Origin: Squalus acanthias
Taxonomy: Eukaryota
Reading direction: 5' to 3'
Length of the DNA: 64,000 nt
Assembly (NCBI GenBank): GCA_030390025.1
Contig: CM059425.1
Coordinates: 173,292,001 to 173,356,000 of the forward strand
Shown here piece after piece: positions 23,101 through 31,989 of the stretch (position 1 is the first letter of the stretch; each line of letters opens with the position of its first letter). The notes beneath the pieces were generated by a model that was given only the letters and a program-made list of their open reading frames with translations, was not told where the DNA came from and searched no databases. Position numbers and translations under genes: made by a program.

Positions 23101-24649
23101 AAAAATCTTGGTCCGGGAAGTGTTCTCGCGGTGGGGACTCCCCCGTTTCGTGGAGTCAGACCAAGGGAGTCATTTCACCGGCCAGGTGATGCAGAACACC
23201 CTCATGCTTTTGGGCATTGAAGGGAAGTGGCACGTAGCACACAATCCCCAGTCATCCGGGATTGTTGAACGTATGAACCGGACCCTGAAGGAGAAATTGA
23301 GGAAAGAGACTAGGAACTCGCCCCAAAAATGGGCGGAAGTTCTGCCTTTAGTCCTCATGGGGGTCCGGGCCAGTCAGTCAAAAAGTACGGGGTACTCCCC
23401 GCACGAGGTAATGACCGGCAGGCTCATGCGAACCCCCACCCATGTGCTAGCCCCGGTGCTCACTGAGGGTCAGCTTCAAGAGATCAGCAGGGACAAGTTC
23501 GCCCAAACTCTCTTGGAGCGCCTGAAGCAAGTTTATGAGCAGGCGGCTGGGAACATGGGAAGGCAGCACCAGGGCAATCGCTTGTTGCTGGAACCCCGCA
23601 AAACGCGGGAGTGGGAAGTAGGAGACCAGGTCATGGTCAGAAACTACGCCAGAGTAGGGAGTCTGGAACCACTGTATATGGGACCCTACAACATTGTAGA
23701 CAAGGCAAGTCCCATGGTTTACGCCGTAAAAATACCTCGGCGCACTAAGTGGTTCCACATAAACCAATGTAAACTGTACCAGCCGGGTGCGCAAGGGAAA
23801 ACTACAGGGGTAAATCCCGCCAACGGGAAAACACAGCCCCAGGTAGGACCACAAGGCACACAGGCAGGCGTAGCAGCTTGCATCAGGGGAAGGGACATCC
23901 CGGACGATCATGCAGCGTTTTTCTGGAGTTGGGGGTTAGATGACGAGGACCCCAGGGTACCCTGGTCAGATGAGGATAGTGCAGATGAGCATAGTGATGA
24001 TGACGGGTGGTTTCACAGGAACGGTCTGGAAGGATTGGGGCCGATAGGTAGAGAGCCATACGGGGTGGACACACAAGCTGCAGGTCCCGACAGGAGGAGG
24101 AAGGAGCTAGAGGAGGCCGGGCCAGCCGCTATGTGGTTCCCAGAGGTGTGGCCGCCCGCTGTAAACGTCCAGTCCTCAGGGGAGGCAGAGTTCGCGAGTG
24201 AAGGGCCGCCTGCTGGGCCGAGCAGGGCGGGGCCCCGAACTGCCAGCCCCGAGGTTAGGGAGGCGGAGTCAGCGGAGGCGGGGCTGGCGCCTGTGATGGA
24301 ACCCCAGGTCATCCCGTTGAAGGTCTCGGGACCCGGTCCGTCCGTCACGGAGCCCCCGCCCATAGCAGTTCCCCGTAGGTCAAGCAGAGCACCCCAGCCC
24401 AGGAAGACGTGGTCAGGTCCACAGGATGCCCCAGGGCGTAAGTTTCAGATTAAGATAACCCGGGTAGAGACAGGCCACATCGAAGCAGTAACAGGCTGCG
24501 GCAGATCAGAGGAAAGGGTCAGCGCAGCAACAGGCTGCGGCAGACCAGAAGGAAGGGTCAGCGCAGCAACAGGCTGCGGCAGATCAGAGGGAAGGGCCAG
24601 TGCCCTCCCACCGTCGGGAAAAGCTCGCAGCAGCCTTCTCAGGATTTAA
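20108..24649 (+). CDS. pol: Pol: protease, RT, degenerate RNase H (tether), RNase H, integrase and long C-terminal tail; in frame with gag after a single TGA
   Basis: LLDTGAS (PR); LPQGFHNSP and YVDD (RT); LEVAAS..ERHLLA (tether); YVDGS..AQQAEL..SDS..KVKAH..GNRQADALA (RNase H); H..GH..CLVC, QIDY, SDQGSHF, VERMNRTLK, GPY (IN). Confidence 0.96.
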   Translation, partial: LEPAQPVYLCPLSYDAWRRPVVEMEVEKQKGSYLLDTGASCTIIHTDDPFDSPLSTKVPFTLAGFTGKEQAGTFSLPLSIRLGTLRFKWKCILMAWQKGGGRGILGSDLLAGHGILVDLRNHCLWGAKGEKGEVMVIQGEEETGVLCTVQPSGGYDLRLMVADVPTDMQTYVTDNMHAFATHKHDCGRVVGFEVSVDGDPMTRPQKQYNFPKEAEPDMEAAMSSLVQQGVLRPIATHVNSPLWPVRKPDNSWRATVDYRVLNSNIPACAPTVAAVADLIGSIPASATTFTVLDISNGFWSIPLRREDQYKFAFTFKGQQYTWNCLPQGFHNSPSIFHQCMAGSLKEFSQPNQIVQYVDDLLLFTDSREEHGPLLDELLELLARKGFKVNPKKARIGQQEVKFLGLTLRAGERAIDKARRESVQELPIPNNVRGVRSFLGLTGYCRDFIEDYAATAAPLLRLLHKGVEWLWDEGCQAAFEKLKRDLQTAPALGAIDGGKEFFLEVAASGDSLSAVLLQERHGKLRPVVYSSRVLTDVERSFSNCERHLLATHWAVKRSAIFTGLSPITLLTHHTPTKMLLDGRIKDGTVSSARIARWTLLLSQLDIRVKGLCEPRLAANLVYPGTAHRCSVEGVWEVDIGLRAGIHPTGREIYVDGSSTVSAGERLTGCGVYDPAADLALAIKLPSTMSAQQAELSAVVYVVTHPDIFPTPYTICSDSMFTCNSCTEYLAIWSRRGYTSADGRPLTVKPLLEKILAAAVGEEGEIFIHKVKAHSSTEPRGEGNRQADALAREGARDGTFWNPYRTGPIAAVRGGDGNTGNTRVALPLDLKTVQAQDPALKAVLKTIAEGRQVEGPYSTATLSVKEGMLFREEQWVVPQQHRREFLQLAHEGPGAGHPGPEVTWQRVEQAGWWPGLREQVREFCANCLVCAANNPDPQKRKVPMGHVRRVEGPWQSIQIDYIGPLPTTQGGYKYCLVLVDVFSKWVEAFPCRTATALGTAKILVREVFSRWGLPRFVESDQGSHFTGQVMQNTLMLLGIEGKWHVAHNPQSSGIVERMNRTLKEKLRKETRNSPQKWAEVLPLVLMGVRASQSKSTGYSPHEVMTGRLMRTPTHVLAPVLTEGQLQEISRDKFAQTLLERLKQVYEQAAGNMGRQHQGNRLLLEPRKTREWEVGDQVMVRNYARVGSLEPLYMGPYNIVDKASPMVYAVKIPRRTKWFHINQCKLYQPGAQGKTTGVNPANGKTQPQVGPQGTQAGVAACIRGRDIPDDHAAFFWSWGLDDEDPRVPWSDEDSADEHSDDDGWFHRNGLEGLGPIGREPYGVDTQAAGPDRRRKELEEAGPAAMWFPEVWPPAVNVQSSGEAEFASEGPPAGPSRAGPRTASPEVREAESAEAGLAPVMEPQVIPLKVSGPGPSVTEPPPIAVPRRSSRAPQPRKTWSGPQDAPGRKFQIKITRVETGHIEAVTGCGRSEERVSAATGCGRPEGRVSAATGCGRSEGRASALPPSGKARSSLLRI

Positions 24650-24789
24650 AGGGGCCGCCCTGAGAACGGGCGGCATTGTATAGTATTAGTTTAAGGTTTT
24701 AAGTTTAGTTTAAGGTTTTAAGTTTAGTTTAAAGTTTTAAGTAGTTTTAATAAGTTTAAGTTTGTAGTGGTTTTAACAGATAACGACAA

Positions 24790-27300
24790 ATGATGGGAGT
24801 TTTAAGGCTAGGTTTAGAGGAAGTCTATCCAGCGTACATGTCTTTTTACGTGAGGCGAGGTCAGGGGACCCGCTCACCCTTCACAAAAGCCAGAGACTCT
24901 TGGGAGGCTGGCTACAGCATTTTATCTGATCACAGGAACCAAGGAAGGATGGAACGACTCATAGTATTGCTCGTGGCAATCGGATGTGGATTGGCCTATC
25001 GGGGCCTCACCAAGGATGTCGTGGTGTTTGGATGTTCCGGGGACACGGCCCCCATCGCGGTGGATGGGACCGGGAGACGGAAGGCAGAAGGGACCAGCAC
25101 CTATTTCCACAAGGGAAGGTGGCCAGGATGGCTGGGAACGAACTCAACGGAGTATTCCAGCACATCGGGGTTCGCCTACAAAGAGACTTCTTTAATGTGC
25201 CCCAAAGTACGGATCATCGCACCCAGGATCAGCGTCACCGTCGGCAAACGGATTTGTTTGACTTGCAGTGGGAATGTCCCATTGAGCCGATGGTGGTGGC
25301 TGCGAAAGCTGAGCAAAACTATGAGGAACTCTTCGGTTGAGTGGGAGCGACTGGGTAATAATACCCATCGGACAATTACGGGGACAGATGGACAAGTGAA
25401 AGTCTGTTGGGACAAATGGTGGGAACCAGATGAGGGGATTTATGTTTGTATGTGGGGGTCAAAGTACGTTTGCCCCAAAGGCATCTCCATATTCTTTATT
25501 AACCAGTGGCAGGATAACGGACAGGGGATGAGGTGGGATGCGAGCACCAGGGGGTGCGGAGCCCCATTCTCCCCGATCCCAGTAAATGCCACTGAGCTCA
25601 TTACGCGCCCACGCAAAGCCCCGCCCACGATTCCGGTAGTTCTAACTGAGGAAGAAGGGTGCCCTAAAACTAGTAAGGGACCCGGGAACGGTTTGGTACT
25701 GGTCCCCACAGACCAGATACTATTTCAGGGAGTGCATTACGCGGTGGCCTCGGTGATTTTAAATCTCACTGAGGTACGGTTACCAGAGTGGTGCCCCAAA
25801 AAGACGGAACAGTTGTACCAGGTCCTGTTGACCAAGATGTTCAGGCAGTTTTACGAGTTCGATTTCGCGGAAATTGATAAGACAAGTTTATACACCGCAC
25901 CGCAGGAAGTTTTGGACCAAGTAGGGAGGCAAAGAAGGGGTTTGGTGAACGATGCGTTCACTGCTTTTAACACAGGGACATCTGTGGTCAACGCTCTAGA
26001 CAGTGTGGAGCTGCAGACCCAGATTAATGGTTTAAAAACACAGTTAAAGGATATTCTCACAGATGAGAATAAAGTGGTAGGGTCGGGTCTGCACGAGGAC
26101 CAAGCCATGACACTACACTTAAAAGAGATTATAGCAGAGCTGGAGAAACATGCGCGTACGGTAAATGCCCTGATTAGGGAAGATCGGAATGCATCCGATC
26201 AAGCTGCGCAGAACGAGGTGTGCGTGCTTTACGGGGCGTGGTTACTGGGCGAGGGCCGCAGTAATTTGGAGGATTTAAAACAAGGTTTGGTCCCGTCCTG
26301 GATAAGTAACAAGCACCTGCGGGCGCTCCACCCTTTTCAGAATGCATTCAGTCCGTGCCAGCTCAGGCTAGCTTCAGAAGCTTACCCAGTCCCCGTGGAC
26401 TGCGGACGTTCAAACCATACTATTATGGGAATAGTATTACGCATGCCGGTTTTGGGCAACACAGCAAAGCCCGCCCCGGTGTATCGGGTAGAGAACATTG
26501 GTGTCATTCAGGGGGGAGCCCACATTCGTTATGCAGCGGTTCCACCTTACGTCATCCGCTGGGAGCAAACGATGACAGGTACAGATCTCTCTGGTTGTCG
26601 TGGCAGGGGAGCACACATAATACTGTGCCCCCAGCACTTGAATGCCTTTTTAACACCACAGTGCGGGTTCAGAACGGCTGGCGCCAAGTCCATGAATTGC
26701 ACCATGGAGGCAATGGCACAAGATCATGTGCCTCCGCAGGTAGCATACATCGGGGGTGGAACATATTGTGTTACCACTGCAGCGCAACACTACCAGCATG
26801 GAAACCGTAGCCGGTGTCCGGTGAGTGACAGCAGTTTCTGTTTTAAACCCAGGGCTGAAGTTCAAGTAGCACAACAGCGAATTATCCCAATCCCTGAACC
26901 ATCCACTGTTCACCTCACAGTAAAAGAGAATTTTACCGACTTGCAGCGATTTGTCGCACATTTTGGGTACCTCATTCCCCCTCTCCCCGAGCATTTAACC
27001 AAACTTCTGAAAGCCGTCGCGGTGTCACAAAAGCATTTCTATACATTAGAACAGAAAACCGTCGAGATAGGTACAGACATTTTGGACATAGTGGTTCCAC
27101 CGTGGTGGAATCTGTTCACGAATATTGAAGTGCCCTCATGGGTCAGAATAGCCTCCCACATTTTAGTCGTCTGTCAAGTGTTTATTGTAGTATACCTTTT
27201 GTTTATACATTGTAAAAGAGACAAGCGCCTCACCAAGCATGAGAACACGGGAGAGTGGCGAGAACGTTACGTGCGCGTGCACGATGAGAGCGCAGTGTAA
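24790..27300 (+). CDS. env: Env glycoprotein: signal peptide, Ig-like domain, furin-cleaved class I fusion protein resembling paramyxo/pneumovirus F
   Basis: 836-aa ORF; hydrophobic MERLIVLLVAIGCGLA at 24949; RQRR/GLVNDAFTAFNTG at 25927; heptad ELQTQINGLKTQLKDIL; long Cys-rich ectodomain after cleavage; TM ILVVCQVFIVVYLLFI; about ten NxS/T sequons. Confidence 0.92.
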   Translation: MMGVLRLGLEEVYPAYMSFYVRRGQGTRSPFTKARDSWEAGYSILSDHRNQGRMERLIVLLVAIGCGLAYRGLTKDVVVFGCSGDTAPIAVDGTGRRKAEGTSTYFHKGRWPGWLGTNSTEYSSTSGFAYKETSLMCPKVRIIAPRISVTVGKRICLTCSGNVPLSRWWWLRKLSKTMRNSSVEWERLGNNTHRTITGTDGQVKVCWDKWWEPDEGIYVCMWGSKYVCPKGISIFFINQWQDNGQGMRWDASTRGCGAPFSPIPVNATELITRPRKAPPTIPVVLTEEEGCPKTSKGPGNGLVLVPTDQILFQGVHYAVASVILNLTEVRLPEWCPKKTEQLYQVLLTKMFRQFYEFDFAEIDKTSLYTAPQEVLDQVGRQRRGLVNDAFTAFNTGTSVVNALDSVELQTQINGLKTQLKDILTDENKVVGSGLHEDQAMTLHLKEIIAELEKHARTVNALIREDRNASDQAAQNEVCVLYGAWLLGEGRSNLEDLKQGLVPSWISNKHLRALHPFQNAFSPCQLRLASEAYPVPVDCGRSNHTIMGIVLRMPVLGNTAKPAPVYRVENIGVIQGGAHIRYAAVPPYVIRWEQTMTGTDLSGCRGRGAHIILCPQHLNAFLTPQCGFRTAGAKSMNCTMEAMAQDHVPPQVAYIGGGTYCVTTAAQHYQHGNRSRCPVSDSSFCFKPRAEVQVAQQRIIPIPEPSTVHLTVKENFTDLQRFVAHFGYLIPPLPEHLTKLLKAVAVSQKHFYTLEQKTVEIGTDILDIVVPPWWNLFTNIEVPSWVRIASHILVVCQVFIVVYLLFIHCKRDKRLTKHENTGEWRERYVRVHDESAV

Positions 27301-27712
27301 TAGGAAAATGGCGTCACTCCCGCTCGCCACGTGCGCCGCGGAAGTTTGTACTCAGTGTAAATACGTTGGAAACTCGACATGTTTAAGAGTCGGGATTTGT
27401 TTATTTTGGTGATGGTGTTGATTGTTTGGTTTTTTGGGTTTTGTTTTTCCTTTCCTTGAATAAAAGATAAATATACAGGTGATGCGTGAGGTATCGGCCT
27501 GGTTACGCCGGGAAGGAAAACAAGTGGTGTAAGTTTAAGGGCAAATGATGCCTATGGTGATATAAAGTGTGATTTTCTTGGGAAATAAGGACGACACAGA
27601 GACCCTAGTGAAGTTAAAATTTTATGGGATTAATTTACTGGATTCGGAGTGAAATCGAGATAAGATTGCTCACCACTGAGTTTTTGATACGATAAGCGGA
27701 GTTATTCGCATC

Positions 27713-27724
27713 AACAGGAGGGAC
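27713..27724 (+). promoter_or_regulatory. Polypurine tract
   Basis: aacaggagggac lies immediately before the TGTAGA start of the 3' LTR. Confidence 0.7.
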
Positions 27725-29336
27725 TGTAGAATTCGCAATTATCGCGATTTCATTTTATTAAGGAGAAAACACAAGTTTCATTCAAAACAGCTTTTATTTC
27801 AGCGGAATGCTGTCAGGTTTAAATTGGACACAAGCAGCCTGTAAAATGGCCGCCGCACCGCGTGACAGAACATTCGAGACTTTTCGGCAGGCAGACAAGA
27901 TGGCGTTCCAATAAACATTCTTGCAAGATCGATAACGATTCAGCACAGTGAAGACATTACACAGGACATTATGGGTTTACAGTATAAACATCGATACTGG
28001 GATCGGTCTCCCAGGTACAAAGGAAAGCCATCAAGGGCCCATCCAAAGGACATTAATATGTAAACTCCCAACGGCTCTACGATGAGAGAGCCGTTAGCAG
28101 GTAGTTATACAGGACACTTGGAAGCCCCAAACCCCTCCAGGGGGAACACCGACCGATTTAACAATGGGAGAAGTATTAGCAGGTACTCAAACATTCAGGA
28201 GTAGCCCCGAAACCCATTAAAGACAGAGATCACCCATACAGGACTTTTTGGGCGCCAAACCTTAAACAAAAGAATGGACATTATAGTTGGGCGGGAAACG
28301 GAAGAACTGTGCACTATAATTGCAGGCCCAAACCGTCCATTCTCTCACTTGATTCTTGCCTCTTGACTTGATTCTTGCTCCTGCCTCGTGTTCGTGACTC
28401 TTGCCGCTTGCTGCTGTTATCCTCGTGGCTGATCCTGGGTAAAAGACTGTTGCAAAGACCTATGTTGGTAGCTGGCAGCGGAACCGAAGGCCCGAGATGA
28501 GATGAGATGAGATGAGATGAGATGAGAGGAGAAGAGAAGAAGACCTTATCCATCGCCACGGTCAGTAAATCCCGACCGCGCCTGTAGGTCGATCAGCCAA
28601 GTCTTCTTGACGACGAAGTTTTCTTCTAACAAAACATATTGCATCGACGATAACTGGACTGTGCAAACACATCGTATCAATGATATTGACAACGGTGTTC
28701 CACCATACCCTGTATCCAACCAACAGAGGTCTTCACTACAGCGGACGGTCCAGCCGACTGACCGAGCAGCAGAAGCAGTAAACAAGTAGGACCAGGAGAT
28801 CTCCTGACCAACACGTGGGTGCTGCGGTGAAAAACATCCGATCAGCTATTCGGGATTTCTCCGAGTTATTACGAGTGGTGAGCATGAGTCTCGGGATCCT
28901 ACGAAGCTAGTTTTAGGATAGTTATTGATAGGGGAGGGTTGAAAGTTTAAGGATATTTGTAATGTGTGCCCTATTTACGTTGTGCTGGTCGTTCCTCGTT
29001 TCCCTAAGAGTGATTATAACTGTTTGTAAGATTGTACTGTCATTCATCTGTGCATATGACATGTATTTCATAATTTTAAGTATCATGCAATAAAGATTTT
29101 CCATTTCGTACCGTTCAAACCAAGTCTACATGAGTTTTATCTCCATTACTGCTCTCGCATCTAAGTCCAGTGTCTAGAACCGTAAGGGAGAGTGATTCGA
29201 ACCACTCACAGGGGTGTCTAGTGTTCCCAGACTGGCTGGAGACCAGGCCTAGACCCGCACTGACATACAGGCTGCACAGAGCCGCGTGAACCTCACAGGC
29301 TACGAGACACGCAGGGTCAGGAGAGTATCCCTTACA
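27725..29336 (+). repeat. 3' LTR (1612 bp)
   Basis: I found only a 1-nt indel in a T run and one C/T substitution relative to the 5' LTR. Confidence 0.97.
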
Positions 29337-29574
29337 GCATTTCCTGGGTGTGTGAAATGAGGAAGGCACAAGGGTGGAGTTGTGCTGAGGGGAGGGTGGG
29401 AAAGCAAGAGGTGCATGCCAGAAGGAAGATAACGTATGAGGATACCGGCATCTTGTATCCTTTCAGCCCCACTATTACCCATTTTGTGCCACCTCCCAAG
29501 GCAAATTTATACCCTGTATTTTTCTGCAAGGAGGTAGCATTGACTTTACTGAGATTGCTGTCTTTTAGTGCTGC

Positions 29575-30500
29575 AAACTGGAAGAAGATCCAAAAGCAGG
29601 GCCTCAGATTTTCTGAAGCCTCCCTTGAGGTGCTGGGCAAAGAGGCGAGGGCGATGAGGGAAGTTTTTTTCTAACCAATGGCAGGAAGAAACCAAAAATG
29701 GATGTTCACCAGGCTTGGAGAGAGGTGGCTGAGATAATCAGATCCAGGAGCATCACCCCCAGGACCTGGGTTCAATGCAGAAAATGTATCAATGACCTGA
29801 CGAGAGCAGCAAGGGTGAGTACAGCTCTTAATTTCTGCAACTCTCTCAATAACATCTGGCAACAGTCCTTCCTGTCCTACCCCAGCACTGAACAATTGCA
29901 TCACATCCTTCACCACCCATCACACAGTGACACTATACCACCTCTCATTCTCAGTCCAAACACACACTCACCTCTTGCTTGTTGCCTTCACAGCAGCCAC
30001 GAGCAGCATTCTGTTCTCACATGGTAGCTATTGTAGAACAAGGAACTCCTTTCATGACTCCTTCCTCACTTCACACTCCAGCCATTTACTTTCCATTCAA
30101 CACCTCCCCATTCTGCTTGCATCTTGTTTCTTCTCCCTCTCAGCATATGCACAACAAGCAGAAGCCCCACATGAGCACTCTCCTTTTAGGTAGCAACTCA
30201 CTAACTCTCGCCCTCTCTTTGTGCAGGAGAAAACAGCGCACAACTCAAAGGAGAGGAGTAAGACAGAGAGGACCACCCAACATCATAATCCTCTCCGAGC
30301 TAGAGCAGCAAGCTCTCGATATCAGTGGCCCCTCGAGAGCTGTCTGTATTAGATATTTCAAGGCTGGGGCCTTAACAGAACAGGGTCCCTCAGAAAAATG
30401 CATTTTCAGCCAGCTTGACAACATCAAGTAGCATTGTGAAGTCTGTCATCTGTCAGTGTCAGGCTAACTCTTTTCCCTTTTCTTTCCTCTAGGTCCTTCT
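29575..30500 (+). mobile_element. Harbinger Myb/SANT-like gene remnant with intron-like structure
   Basis: RFSEASLEVL..AWREVAEII..PRTWVQCRKCINDLTRAAR followed by donor gtgagt (~29815) and acceptor ctctttgtgcag (~30226). Confidence 0.65.
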
Positions 30501-30519
30501 CAGAAGCAAGAGCCTCCAG

Positions 30520-31180
30520 AACAACAACAAATTGTATTTATATAGCGCCTTTAACGTAGTAAAATGTCCCAAGGCGCATCACAGGAGTATTTTAGGACAA
30601 AAAATTTGACACCAAGCCACATAAGGATAAATTAGGGCAGGTGACCAAAAAGCTTGGTCAAAGAGGTAGGTTTTAAGGAGCGTCTTAAAGGAGGAAAGAG
30701 AGGTAGCGAGGCAGAGAGGTTTAGGCAGGGAATTCCAGAGCTTAGGGCCGAGGCAACTGAAGGCACGGCCACCAATGGTTGAGCGATTATAATCAGGGAT
30801 GCTCAAGAGGGCAGAATTAGAGGAGCGCAGATATCTCAGGGGGGTTGTGGGGCTGAAGGAGATTACAGAGATAGGAAGGGGCGAGGCCATGGAGGGATTT
30901 GAAAACAAGGATGAGAATTTTGAAATCGAGGTGCTGCTTAACCGGGAGCCAATGTAGGTCAGCGAACACAGGGGTGATGGGCGAACGGGACTTGGTGCAA
31001 GTTAGGACACGGGCAGCCGAGTTTTGGATGACCTCAAGTTTATGTAGAGTAGAATGTGGGAGGCCAGCCAGGAGTGTGTTGAAATAGTCAAGTCTAGAGA
31101 TAACAAAGGCATGGTTGAAGGTTTCAGCAGCGGATGAGCTGAGGCAGGGGTGGAGACGGCGATGTTACGGAGGTGGAAAT
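30520..31180 (-). mobile_element. L2 LINE 3' fragment
   Basis: GGRAFSCLGPKLWNSLP..SLSSFKTLLKTYLF, followed by tail gcgctatataaatac(aa)tttgttgttg. Confidence 0.85.
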
Positions 31181-31989
31181 ACACCTTGGAGGAAGACAGC
31201 CCTTCTGAGGTAACACTGTCTTGCGTTCCATTCCCTCCCTAGCACCAGCACAGAGATTGACACCCTAGTAGGTTAGACAGTGAGTTATAGGGTCTGCACA
31301 TGGTGACACAGCCAGCACTAGTGAGCAGGAGCAGGTAGTAGTGACAGAGACAACTCAGGGGCGATCTTGCACGAGGGCAAGGTCTTCTCCCAGCTCTGCG
31401 AAGGAGGACACAGATGTGGATTTCAGGGTCCCAGCAATGAAAAGAAAACTCCTTGCTTCACACAAGCAGTCATAACAAATACTGGAAGGCCAGCTAAGAG
31501 AGTTTCAGCATGATGGCTGAAAGTATGGAGGAATCTGCTTTCATTATGCTGTCATCTCACATTACATCAGTACTCTGAAGTCTACCTCTGAGAGTGTGGT
31601 CACCTCCATGGACACTGTAGCTGAGCCCTCACAACAGCCTTTGCAGCTTTGTTGGAGGCTAGTGGACTGCATCACCCTTCTGCTGCAGTCTGCTCTCCCG
31701 CAGATCAGTGGGACTGAGGAGCCTCAGCTCCATGGGAGTGGCAGTGGCACAACAGGAGCAGTACGTGTTGCCCGCTGTCCAGATGTCAGCTCCTTCCCCA
31801 CCCCTTTAACCAATACATGCCATGATACCAGAAACCCAGCTGAGCCAGACTGTCCCGGCAGTAGCCGATGTGCAGCAGTCGGCAGTCGCGCCCTCACAGG
31901 CTCAAGAACCCAGAATTGTTTGACAAACTTGTTTTATGATTTGGATTTGATGTTTATATTTGCAGTGAAGTGAGAGCAAGAGCTACAGA

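Larger units (their letters stand above)
16679..29336 (+). mobile_element. Intact endogenous retrovirus, lokiretrovirus-like (LTR-gag-pol-env-LTR)
   Basis: TG...CA LTRs of 1613 and 1612 bp, 4-bp TSD GCAT (16675-16678 / 29337-29340), PBS, PPT, and three uninterrupted ORFs. Confidence 0.97.
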
